A DNA stretch of 64,000 bases from Paraphysomonas bandaiensis (taxonomy: Eukaryota > Protista > Chrysophyceae): positions 1-64,000 of the forward strand of contig CBFFRP010000408.1 in the NCBI GenBank assembly GCA_965644295.1, read 5' to 3'. Numbering within the stretch: position 1 is the stretch's first letter; each line of letters opens with the position of its first letter. This document shows positions 1 to 10,062 of this stretch, one piece after another. Both the position numbers and the translations under genes were made by a program. Under the pieces are notes generated by a model. That model searched no databases. It saw only the letters and a list, made by a program, of their open reading frames with translations, and was not told where the DNA came from.

Positions 1-35
1 TGTACGCCTTCTCCTCCATCAACGTAAGTGGCTGC

Positions 36-499
36 TGTAGTTGTTCTTAAGAACAACGTATGCTCAAGCAAAAACAACACTGATCTACAACGTTTTAAAA
101 AGATTTTAAGTGCACGCCAGCGGGCTGCTACACTGTTGAACTCACCAGCGGGTGATGTTCCTCAACTCAGACGCAAACCGCGAAAGAATTTAAATAAATC
201 GTTATTTAAAACGTGTAATAGAAAAGTGAGTAACACTGCTATACAACTCTACAGTAACACACACATACAACATCCATGACTACAGCATTTCACCAGCACA
301 CAACACCAGATCTAGAAGTATTTTATCCGGTGCGTTATCTACAGCTTCAACACTCCGTGTATACACACGCAAAGTAGAAACTGAGAAGGTGTAACTGAAA
401 CTGAAAATACAAAACACTCTGATACGTAGGTAGAGAGTACAAGAAGAGTATACATATCATTCTACTACCTAACGATAAATAACCAGTACTGCGATTACA
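36..499 (-). repeat. 3' LTR of Gypsy element
   Basis: Starts TGTAG and ends TTACA; 36-274 identical to 6346-6584, remainder diverged. Confidence 0.95.
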
Positions 500-514
500 C
501 TACCCTCTTTCCCC
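500..514 (-). other. Polypurine tract of Gypsy element
   Basis: Minus strand GGGGAAAGAGGGTAG immediately abuts the 3' LTR. Confidence 0.9.
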
Positions 515-700
515 AGCTGGAGAAATTGGATTGTGAACACAGACTGCGATTCATCAGCATGCAAATACTTAAATCGGCCATACTAGATAGCGTCATTCTA
601 AGTATAAACAAACAAAATCAGATTTAAACAGATATTGAGAATAAACTAGATGAGACAAGGTAGTGGTACAATAGAAATAAAAAGAATATTGCAAATATTA

Positions 701-3700
701 TCATAATATAATATAATAGAAGAATAAAACCGTGTTTACAAGAGTATGCATCAGGAAAACTCTTGCTAAAACTCCGAATCGGCAAGCTACCATGGTAGAC
801 GGATTGAAGTCGAAGCATAGTCCATAGCAGTAAACATCATAGGCACTCCATTCATAGGTATTGTCGAAGAGTGGGCAGTATAAATCGATGCGTAGACGGC
901 GTTTGCCTGCCCATCGTTTATAACGGCATAATACTACATAATTTGTGACATAGCAATCCGGTAATGATAATGCGTCGTAGAAGTCTGCTCCCCAAGCTCG
1001 TAGGTTGATGTACACCTCTTGGCCTGGTTGAACTCCATCAATCTGCTGTTTCCGCATTCGTAGTCGTTGTTCTTTAGCTTCCTTAGCAGAAAATAAAAGC
1101 GGAAATAACGCAGGAACGTCTTTACAATACTGCTGAAAAGCCCGTGCTGTTGCAAGATCGGAATTGTATGGAATCCACACTTGTGAATCATCGCTAAATA
1201 ATACGAGAAAATCCATAGTAGATCTCTTTTCAGGATCTCCCCGATAAGCCACAATCTTTCGCACTTCATACTGGTTATAGTCTACTAAAGCAATGCGGAA
1301 TGCCTCATCATGGGTACCAAAAAATGGTTTAAGCCAAGACATATGAAAGACTACCTCAAATCGCATTACAATATGTGTACAGGTGATATCTGCTTTGTAC
1401 GTAGAGACAACCTCGTATGGACCTTTAAATCTAGGATATAGTTTTGACGGTTTAAATTTCGAAGAATTAGGATGCAATAAAACAAGCTGTCCTGGTTGAT
1501 ATTCCGTAAGTGTCTCCGGAGGTGTTTTGGATTTTCTCTTTGCTTGGATCTTGCGTTGAACATCACATGCAATCTCACGTATAGTTCTCAAATTCTGATT
1601 TATAAGAGATAAATACTCCGTAGTATCAACCGAATCTGACACAGCATCTGACAATTTGAAATAAGGTTTGTCTATTGTACCAAATGTAAACTCAAAAGGT
1701 GACAATCCCGTTTCGCTACTTATTTCATCATTCAGTATGAACTGGATTACCATATAGCACTCCGGCTCTCCCCAGCAATCTTGCAACCTTTCATCATGTA
1801 CAAGAGCACTTAGAAATCGTAATGTCTCTCTATGAGTTCTCTCCACCATGTTGGACTCATGTCTATCTGTCAAAGACATTCTAAAGCGCACACCAAACCA
1901 TTTCAACAATAACTGAACAACCTCTGCTGTAATATTCGAACCTGGGTCTGAAATTAACACTTCCGATATTCCGTACGTCACGAAATAAGAAAACAACGCT
2001 CGCGCTACTCCAACCGCCGTGTAATCAGTTGCTGGATACAGACCAACCAAACGCGATGGCAATTGCTTTACAACATGGATACAACAATGCCCTTTCTTGT
2101 CAGGAGGAGACACAGAGAGTGTGTCAAATCCTACGTAATGTCTACAATGCTCGGAGTCTAAAGCTCTGATAGGTGCCTGCAAGGAAGCACTCATTCCCGC
2201 ATTAAATTTCTGACAAATGGGACACCGATCTATGAAATCTTGTATCACCTCTGTGGTTAACTTGTGACCTGGAAATACCTTACTCAGCTTTAACCATGTT
2301 CGTTTAACTCCATGGTGACCTATCCGACCATTGTGTACTAAGTCGAACGCCTCTTTGGGTGAACTAGGTTTTATACCTTGAGCCGCTAGTTCATCTAAAG
2401 CTGCAAGTATCTCAGCTGGAAACGCTGCATAACAAGCTACATCGTCGGTTTCTGAACTCCATTCCCCTACTTGGTTAAGCTCAATAAGCTGATCATCTGG
2501 TAGTAAGTCCGTATTTTCAAACATAACTACTTCACCACATGCGACACTTTCTTCTGGAAAACATTCCATACAAACAGACAATAACATAACATGAGCCACA
2601 GCCGATTCCTGATCCTTACGAGATAACCAATCAGCAAATCTATTTAACTTTCCCTTGAAGTGAAGCAAGTCGAAATTGAAATTCTGTATAAACATCCGCA
2701 TGCGTACTATTCTGTCAACAACCGAAACTTCCATCCATTTAAGATTGGCGTGATCCGTCATGATCGTGAACTTTTTACCTCTCAAATAATACGACAAGGC
2801 ATATACACAAAAGAATATTCCAAAACACTCCTTGTCAATAGTGGACCACTTCAATGTTGGTTCCGAAAATTTCTTCGACACCATTGCAATTACTTGATAG
2901 AATTCTTGACCATTGGCATCAATGAAAATTTGTAATAACACACCTCCACATGCATAAAACGAAGCATCTGTCATCAAGATCCATCTTAAAGAATAGTCGG
3001 GATGATACAGAGTAAGAGATTTTAGAATCGCCTCTTTAAATCTACTAAATTCCTCCCTGTAATTTACTTTCCAACAATTCTCATTCCAGTCAAAATTCTT
3101 CTTCGTCATGTCATGTAACTTATGAGTAAGGTCACTATATAACGGAATAAAAGGTTTAAAATATATTGCCGCTCCAAGAAATCTCTGCATTTGTTTTGTC
3201 TTGTTTTTCCCTTCTGGAAATTCAATTGCAGTTACTGATAATTTTCGGGCCTCAGTTAATTGGTAAGTGTTGTCCTTGCAAAGATAGCCAAAAAATTCCA
3301 CTGATGAATAGCCAAATTTGCTTTTCGACAATTTCAACACGACATTATAATAAGTACATTTTTTAATGACCTTCTTGAATTTCTCAATAGCATCCTGATA
3401 ATCATACGCTAACACCAGTAAGTTGTCAAATATCACCACCATCCACTCTGAGAATTCGTTGAAAATATCAGACACTACATGCATCAAAACTCCACTTGCC
3501 GGAGAAACTCCCTCTGGCATAAACTTTGGTTCGAACTGACCCCATGGAGTTTGAACTGACAACAGTGCTGAAACTGATTCATGAAGTCTAATACCATGGA
3601 AAGCATTACATATGTCTAAATCAATAAACACCTTATACCCAGCTGCTTTATGTAATTCTTTTATAACATCTGGTATGGGATAATGCGGACTTTCAATTTC

Positions 3701-4684
3701 TAAATTAACACGCCTGTAATCACCACATATTCGAATAAAAGGTTTCGTAGCCTTGGGTGCTACTACTATTGGTGATGCATAAGGACTCGTACTGGGACGA
3801 TAAAAGTATCCACACATCCTATTGAACTCCTCCTTAGTACGTTCATATAACATAGGTGGTATCCTTCTCATATTCTTTGGTTTAATTCTATCAGGAATAG
3901 TACTTTTCACCTTTAATTTTAACTCAGGAACATGCTGAATTCCAGTCCACTCTCTAGGAACAAAGACGTCAACTGCATCCTCTCTCAAAACTCTTAATAT
4001 ATCAGTTTGTTGAGCGAAATCAGGATGTACTTTTGATTCTAGTTCACTAAAATATTTCTCCCTAGCCTCATCCACTGACTGTTCCAAAAAAGTCACTAAA
4101 CTTCCAAAACTACATGGTTCGGGAATCATATCATCTTCCTCTGACTGTTCCGGAATTGGATTTTCCCAAGGATCACACACTGGTCCTGACGACATATATC
4201 TCCTAAGTTCGTCAATGTCTTCACCAATATTGGCAAGAACTTCTATCTCATTTAAATTAACTGATTGCCCCGCACTCAGTGATGCTTTCTTAATCATATT
4301 CATAAATAACTCGGAAAAATGCTCACAGATTGCCGGTAATCCTATAATAATATCCTTTGCCAAACCGTCCAAAACATACAGTGAAAGTTGTGCTTTGTAG
4401 GTCTTACCCTCATCTTCAAAAGCAATTGTAACAGGAATATATCCTTTAAGTTCAATCTGATGTCCGTCTGCTACTTTAACCCTCAACTTTTTATGTACCA
4501 TATCTTTTAACAATTTGTCCCCACACTTCTTAACAAAATTTGATGAAATAAAATTATCCGAAGATGATCCGGAATCAAATAAAACCATTTCCACATTAAT
4601 CTTATCACCACAATTATTTATTATCATTCCTTGCCTATGTACGGCATTGCGAAATCTGCTGGAAGTATCATTGTAATCTCGCAT
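701..4684 (-). CDS. pol: Gypsy Pol: aspartic protease, RT, RNase H, integrase, GPY/F, chromodomain, extra C-terminal domain
   Basis: LFDSG protease; YASPIVV/RICGDYRRVN/DLD RT motifs; TDAS..E..TDH..ADWLSR RNase H; H-H-C-C plus D-D-E integrase; PRFKGPY; YEVRKIV..FLV..W chromo-like. The last ~30 aa look frameshifted. Confidence 0.95.
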   Translation of the reverse strand: MRDYNDTSSRFRNAVHRQGMIINNCGDKINVEMVLFDSGSSSDNFISSNFVKKCGDKLLKDMVHKKLRVKVADGHQIELKGYIPVTIAFEDEGKTYKAQLSLYVLDGLAKDIIIGLPAICEHFSELFMNMIKKASLSAGQSVNLNEIEVLANIGEDIDELRRYMSSGPVCDPWENPIPEQSEEDDMIPEPCSFGSLVTFLEQSVDEAREKYFSELESKVHPDFAQQTDILRVLREDAVDVFVPREWTGIQHVPELKLKVKSTIPDRIKPKNMRRIPPMLYERTKEEFNRMCGYFYRPSTSPYASPIVVAPKATKPFIRICGDYRRVNLEIESPHYPIPDVIKELHKAAGYKVFIDLDICNAFHGIRLHESVSALLSVQTPWGQFEPKFMPEGVSPASGVLMHVVSDIFNEFSEWMVVIFDNLLVLAYDYQDAIEKFKKVIKKCTYYNVVLKLSKSKFGYSSVEFFGYLCKDNTYQLTEARKLSVTAIEFPEGKNKTKQMQRFLGAAIYFKPFIPLYSDLTHKLHDMTKKNFDWNENCWKVNYREEFSRFKEAILKSLTLYHPDYSLRWILMTDASFYACGGVLLQIFIDANGQEFYQVIAMVSKKFSEPTLKWSTIDKECFGIFFCVYALSYYLRGKKFTIMTDHANLKWMEVSVVDRIVRMRMFIQNFNFDLLHFKGKLNRFADWLSRKDQESAVAHVMLLSVCMECFPEESVACGEVVMFENTDLLPDDQLIELNQVGEWSSETDDVACYAAFPAEILAALDELAAQGIKPSSPKEAFDLVHNGRIGHHGVKRTWLKLSKVFPGHKLTTEVIQDFIDRCPICQKFNAGMSASLQAPIRALDSEHCRHYVGFDTLSVSPPDKKGHCCIHVVKQLPSRLVGLYPATDYTAVGVARALFSYFVTYGISEVLISDPGSNITAEVVQLLLKWFGVRFRMSLTDRHESNMVERTHRETLRFLSALVHDERLQDCWGEPECYMVIQFILNDEISSETGLSPFEFTFGTIDKPYFKLSDAVSDSVDTTEYLSLINQNLRTIREIACDVQRKIQAKRKSKTPPETLTEYQPGQLVLLHPNSSKFKPSKLYPRFKGPYEVVSTYKADITCTHIVMRFEVVFHMSWLKPFFGTHDEAFRIALVDYNQYEVRKIVAYRGDPEKRSTMDFLVLFSDDSQVWIPYNSDLATARAFQQYCKDVPALFPLLFSAKEAKEQRLRMRKQQIDGVQPGQEVYINLRAWGADFYDALSLPDCYVTNYVVLCRYKRWAGKRRLRIDLYCPLFDNTYEWSAYDVYCYGLCFDFNPSTMVACRFGVLARVFLMHTLVNTVLFFYYIIL

Positions 4685-4705
4685 AGCCGCTATCAGTGAT
4701 TGTGC

Positions 4706-6280
4706 TCAAAGGTCATCCAAAGGATTGTCATCCCCTTGTTGAACCTCTTCAACATCAGGTTGATCTCTGGTAAGAATACGTACATCACCAGGACGCTTTC
4801 TATCCCCAGGATATCTTTTCAATTGAGCTGGAGAATTACTGTATCGACGTTGAGGTGGTGCATTAATACTTGGTTTGGGCATTACTGTTAACCCCACTCT
4901 TTCAGTCATCTTCTTAAGAGCTTCAGTCAAAACAGCTTTATCATGTGAAAATTTACATGACTTATCTTTGCACCCACCATCTTGCGTCAATTCTCTAAAA
5001 CATGGGGAAGATTTCAATACCTCAGCCGCATACAAATCTTCTTCATGTTTCAGCACGTTTTGCTCCTCATCACTCACAGATTCTGAGTCAGAAACTTGTT
5101 GCTCAATTTGGTGTAGTCGCTTATCTACAGCAGACGATTTTGTTCGAAAATTAAAACGACTTTTGAATTGATTATATTTTAACGACAAATCCCTAGTAAT
5201 CTTCAACTGCTTAAAGAATTCTTTCAGAAAAGCTTTTACTGAAGGGAAATTTTCCGACCTCATAAGTCTCTTAGTAGTATCTCTCATACACGCAGGAATA
5301 AGACTCATCCACTGTTCCAACGAACCACCTCTCTTAGTCGTTACTAAAGGTATACTCTCATCAAGTTTGTTCATCTTAGCAGCCTCCTCCAAGAAATCAT
5401 ACCGCTGATTGAACTTCGTTTCCAAAATACAAAGATCCTCATCGACACGACGAAAATCCTCCAACTTGTCCATTGTTACTCTGTACGGCAAACACGACTC
5501 AAGCAACATCGAATTAAAATCCATCATATCCAAAGGTCTGAACTGATACTTCGCTGCCTCAATAACTCGCGTTACACTTGCATCTATGCATTCCAAAGGT
5601 TCAGTATAATCATCAGGATATAATTCCATCAACGTAAACCTAATCATTTCCTTAGCCCTGCCTTCCAACAATGTAAACACAGAAGGAATTGGTCCATTAT
5701 CACGACATTTCTCAAACTCAGCAATTCGTTCCAAGAAAACCAAAAACCCATCCAAAGTAATTTCCGACAACCTTATCTCCAAGTATGAATCGTCTTCTTT
5801 GGTCAACGTAACTTTAGCCTTCGGTTGACGATCGATTTCACGAAGTGCTTCCTGAATAGTCTGACGTTTAGGTCTGACAGGTGGTCGCTCCTCTTCACTC
5901 CTGAGAGCTTGAGTAGCATTCAATACACCCTCACGCACAGCATTCTCTATACGCGTATGCAACAACTCAGGGTCAATATACTGCTGCTCACGTCGCTCAG
6001 TAGTTGCGGCTACAGGCTGTTCACCATTCCCATGACCATCTGATTTAGACTCTTCAAACGGTATCTCCGAAAGCTGATCAGCTTGTATAATTTCTGAATT
6101 AGCTCTCGATGACCTTCCAGATCTCCTCTGATTGATCTCCTCAAGACTCCGTTGAACATGCTCATTGAACGCCTGTTGCTGATGAAAACGCTGCTCCATA
6201 TACTCACGTTGCTCACGCATATACTGCATCAAGTCTTCCAGAGTAAGCTCTGTCTTCGCATCTCCTTCTGCAGGCTCCAT
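4706..6280 (-). CDS. gag: Gag-like protein with a C-x9-C-x4-C-x3-H finger
   Basis: 524-aa ORF starting 65 nt after the 5' LTR and upstream of pol; coiled-coil N-terminus; CFRELTQDGGCKDKSCKFSH. Confidence 0.85.
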   Translation of the reverse strand: MEPAEGDAKTELTLEDLMQYMREQREYMEQRFHQQQAFNEHVQRSLEEINQRRSGRSSRANSEIIQADQLSEIPFEESKSDGHGNGEQPVAATTERREQQYIDPELLHTRIENAVREGVLNATQALRSEEERPPVRPKRQTIQEALREIDRQPKAKVTLTKEDDSYLEIRLSEITLDGFLVFLERIAEFEKCRDNGPIPSVFTLLEGRAKEMIRFTLMELYPDDYTEPLECIDASVTRVIEAAKYQFRPLDMMDFNSMLLESCLPYRVTMDKLEDFRRVDEDLCILETKFNQRYDFLEEAAKMNKLDESIPLVTTKRGGSLEQWMSLIPACMRDTTKRLMRSENFPSVKAFLKEFFKQLKITRDLSLKYNQFKSRFNFRTKSSAVDKRLHQIEQQVSDSESVSDEEQNVLKHEEDLYAAEVLKSSPCFRELTQDGGCKDKSCKFSHDKAVLTEALKKMTERVGLTVMPKPSINAPPQRRYSNSPAQLKRYPGDRKRPGDVRILTRDQPDVEEVQQGDDNPLDDL

Positions 6281-6345
6281 GACTCTTAGAACAGTTCAAA
6301 GGGCTCAATAACAGAATGAATGTTCTTATCAACTAGTAATATTAC

Positions 6346-6807
6346 TGTAGTTGTTCTTAAGAACAACGTATGCTCAAGCAAAAACAACACTGATCTACAA
6401 CGTTTTAAAAAGATTTTAAGTGCACGCCAGCGGGCTGCTACACTGTTGAACTCACCAGCGGGTGATGTTCCTCAACTCAGACGCAAACCGCGAAAGAATT
6501 TAAATAAATCGTTATTTAAAACGTGTAATAGAAAAGTGAGTAACACTGCTATACAACTCTACAGTAACACACACATACAACATCATGTTCAGCATTTCAC
6601 TTCAGCACACAACACACCAGATCAGAAGTATTTTATCCGGTACGTATCTACAGCTTCAACACTCCGTGTATACACTGAAAGAGTAGAAACTGAAAAGTGT
6701 AACTGAAACTGAAAATACAAAAACACTCTGTACGTGTTAGAGAGTACAACAGAAGAGTAACATATCATACTACTACCAACGCAGAAAATAACCAGTACTG
6801 CGTTACA
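6346..6807 (-). repeat. 5' LTR of Gypsy element
   Basis: TG...CA termini, homologous to 36-499, followed by TSD CTGC. Confidence 0.95.
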
Positions 6808-6990
6808 CTGCTCCCCGAAGTCGCTCTCCTTAGGTGGCAGTTCCACCGCTACCTCGCTTTGTTCCTTCCTCATAAGGAATGTCTCGAAGTCCTCAATCCA
6901 TTGTTCAACGTTAGTCTCGTTGAACTGAGGAACTACTCCTCTATCCTCCTTCTCTCCTCCTCGCTCGCTACCATGTTGGGAAATGCTCAT
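6808..6990 (-). pseudogene. N-terminus of a Ty1/Copia-like gag ORF interrupted by the Gypsy insertion (continues at 1-35)
   Basis: PQFNETNVEQWIEDFETFL resembles Copia gag N-termini; removing the Gypsy and one TSD gives in-frame ...DFGEQ-PLTLMEEKAY. Possible short LTR TGTTA...TAACA at 7060-7175. Confidence 0.55.
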
Positions 6991-7463
6991 TTTACTTAGA
7001 TCAAAGAGAGATTAAGTTGTTAGACTAGATAGATTTATTAATATCGTTTACACGAATTGTGTTAAACAACACAAGCTCGTTTTGTGCCATGCATAAATCA
7101 CTACTTCTGTAGACCTTTCGCTACTAAACATATCTTGAAAGAGCAAACTATTTCAGTTTTCTCAATATCATAACAGCATCTACACATCACCATACTTCAC
7201 TGTATTCTCGTACATTGTCTTCAAGTACCACATTGAATATACTAGGATACAGTCCATATTCTAATAATCACGGCATAAATAACTAGCGTTTTTCTTCTTA
7301 GAATGAAATGTACCAAAAATATCAAAAAGGCAAATATCACTGACCATGTCAACAGAACTGCAACCATAGGAATATATATTATGATACTATGATGACCACG
7401 CGCTGTGCACCGATAGCCACAGAACAAGATGGCCGGTCCCTCAGGTGATACATTGTCTACATA

Positions 7464-7590
7464 GAGATATATTATTCAACCTAGTCAATTTGGTTGAATT
7501 TGCTAGTCATACTATTTTCGGTGTAAAAACCTAGTCAAAGCAATAAATGACTCAACCTAGTCAATAATTATAGTATTAAACCTAGTCGTG
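7464..7590 (+). mobile_element. One-ended fragment of the ACCTAGTCA-repeat MULE-like MITE family
   Basis: Close match to the left terminus of 52880-53599. Confidence 0.8.
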
Positions 7591-8876
7591 AATTGTACTC
7601 GCATATAGGTACGCGTTACAGGCCTATAGCTACACATTACAGGCATATAGCTACGCATTACAGAAGCATGAGGTCATAGCAGGTGACGTAAAACCAATGC
7701 AACATACATCAGCAGGTCAAAACAAATCTAAAGAGCGGTATATAGCAGCATAGGCAGGACTCCATCGCTCTAAAAAAAAGTTAAATAGAAGCACATGTAC
7801 ACTATATGCTACATCATAAATATATATGGCGTTAAAAGAATAATGAATAACAAGGATGGTACTAGGCATACGTATATACGTATATATATATTATGTGAAA
7901 AGGTAATATATATATAGGTAATATACATACACAATATATAATATATAGGGGTAATATATGAATATATATGAACATGTCGAATTCTTCCTATCTACAGCTA
8001 GAGAAGAACCAGTACCAAAAATATGCAGACTATGGTATATATTATATAAGAATATTATATTATATGCTTCACAGCAGAGAATCTCGGCTGGGCAAAACGG
8101 AACGCACTTCCTACACTTCTAACACTTTCACACCCACCCACATACGAACCCCAACGTTAGCTCTATTTAAATTAGTAATTCTGATTCTTAAACGCCTATC
8201 TATTGATTATAATAAGATATATATATATTCACCACTGCAAAAAATAATAAAGGATGTCTTATGTATAATATATTATATTATTATTATGATGTAGGTGGTA
8301 CATGTATGGTAGCACTGCATGCATAGTAAGTATGTTAATAGTGTAATGTCATAATATAATGCATGAACAAATAATATATTATTTTATAAGTAGTAATAAT
8401 AGCATACGCACACACAGCATTACAACAACATCATAATAATATATATTATCACTAGAGATAGGACTCACTCGTCCGCAATCATAGCTATATATATATATCC
8501 TAGCGCGTATATGTCATAACAACACTCTCTACTATTTGCAATATAGTCGTAGTGTGAAGCTTTACAGTAGTATTCTCAAAGTTCCCTAACCGGATGGCCA
8601 CCCAGAGCCTATAAGCACACACTATAAGCAACCCATGGACTCCGATCTAGCCAAAAGCCCGAGTGGCTTAATAGTGAATAAAATAGAGTAGTAGTAGTTA
8701 AACGCTATGTCGTTATATTATTAGCTGAAGGACGGCTCAGTAAGATTGTTGGGGGTGTACCCCATAGCCGACATCGATAGAATTGCCCCGTTGTCATGGG
8801 TCACAAAAGTTTTGTACCGTCTACGTGTATTTTAGTCATTATTAGAACAACATCACTGTTCTTATTGAATATAATA

Positions 8877-9430
8877 TATTGAAAGTCTTATTATTTAGCA
8901 ATAGGCGTTAAAAATCTGCACCAGTGTAATGGCTAGTTGAATGCTAGACAGACTATTTAAAGAGCTCTACCCATAGCTAATCAGTACAAACTCTATTATC
9001 CTACTATTTAGCTCTACAGAAGCAAGCACCAAGGTGCGACCACTTCCGTTCTTAATGTTGATTGTGAGGTTCGCCGTGATCGTGTGTCCCTTGGGATGAG
9101 ACTCCACTGAGCTTTTTGGAGGTACAGGGTTCTGTCGTATGGTCCTGAGTGTACCGAGTGCTAGGTGTGTGGGCTGAGAGGTGGATAGAGAGTTGGAATG
9201 TGGCGCTGTTGTAGTGCACAGTTTGGGCCTCGGGCACAGGTAAACTTGTCGGAGACGGCGTCGTTGTCGAGGTCATGAGGGTTTCTTGCGGGATGGTGAT
9301 ATGTTCCTGTGGGTATGATTGGTGGGGTTCGTGTGTCCGGTGGTCCAGTCTCGGGTCGTCTGCGTACTCGTAGTAATCGTAGCACCCTTGGGCGCTTCCA
9401 TGGCTGACTGCGTTTCTGACGCGGTCGCCG
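8877..9430 (-). mobile_element. 3' fragment of a non-LTR retrotransposon family
   Basis: Reverse complement matches 40840-41069 and 59972-60160 (GAACGGAAGTGG...AACGCCTATTGCTAAATAA) and ends in an AT-rich tail. Confidence 0.7.
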
Positions 9431-9713
9431 GAGTAGCCTAGGGGATCCTTTGTGTAGTTTACAGCACGTCTCTATATCTTTGATAAGAAAAGTAAATTAT
9501 TACATAGTTGTTCTAAATCCTGGCGAGTTTGGAGGGGAGTCTGCAACTTCGTTTTTTAATGCTACGTCCTGTGAGAGGTACACACAGCACTGCTATATTT
9601 CCGGATGCAGCCGTTAAATTCTAATGCAAACATCACAACGACAAGAATGGGACCATCGCTATATACTACACAGATAATATGCGGAATAGACATACACGAC
9701 TGTGTTAAGTAGA

Positions 9714-9750
9714 TATATATATTGAAAGTCTTATTATTAGCAATAGGCGT
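9714..9750 (-). mobile_element. Extremely 5'-truncated copy of the non-LTR 3' tail
   Basis: ATTGAAAGTCTTATTATTAGCAATAGGCGT next to (TA)n. Confidence 0.6.
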
Positions 9751-10062
9751 CTACGAGTCAGAACTAATTTAGGATTGCTATTTAACTATATAGTGCTTAA
9801 CTCTGATATCTCTTAGACAATCACGACGCGTAATCAATGGATATAAGAATGACAAGGTTTCGAGTACGCAACAATCTTAAACTATAATATTGGACGATAC
9901 GAATATTGCCATATGTTATAAAAACTCCCAACAACATGTACATTAAATGAAAAGACACCCTAACACTTAATCCTAGCTCACCATCTCTAACTAAGCACTA
10001 CACTCACAAAATATGAGGCACTGCCATATACGAGCCCCGTATTATGCTGGTAGTACATGCTT

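Larger units (their letters stand above)
36..6807 (-). mobile_element. Full-length Ty3/Gypsy (chromovirus-like) LTR retrotransposon
   Basis: Two TG...CA LTRs (36-499, 6346-6807), 4-bp TSD CTGC (32-35 and 6808-6811), polypurine tract next to the 3' LTR, and gag plus pol in PR-RT-RH-INT order. Confidence 0.97.

Noticed and set aside
6301-6314. Half-tRNA(iMet) PBS-like GTTATTGAGCCC in the Gypsy leader
   Set aside because: About 30 nt away from the LTR and imperfect relative to GGTTATGAGCCC
7242-7445. Hydrophobic ORF faintly resembling the kinase TM region
   Set aside because: Similarity too weak to separate from compositional bias
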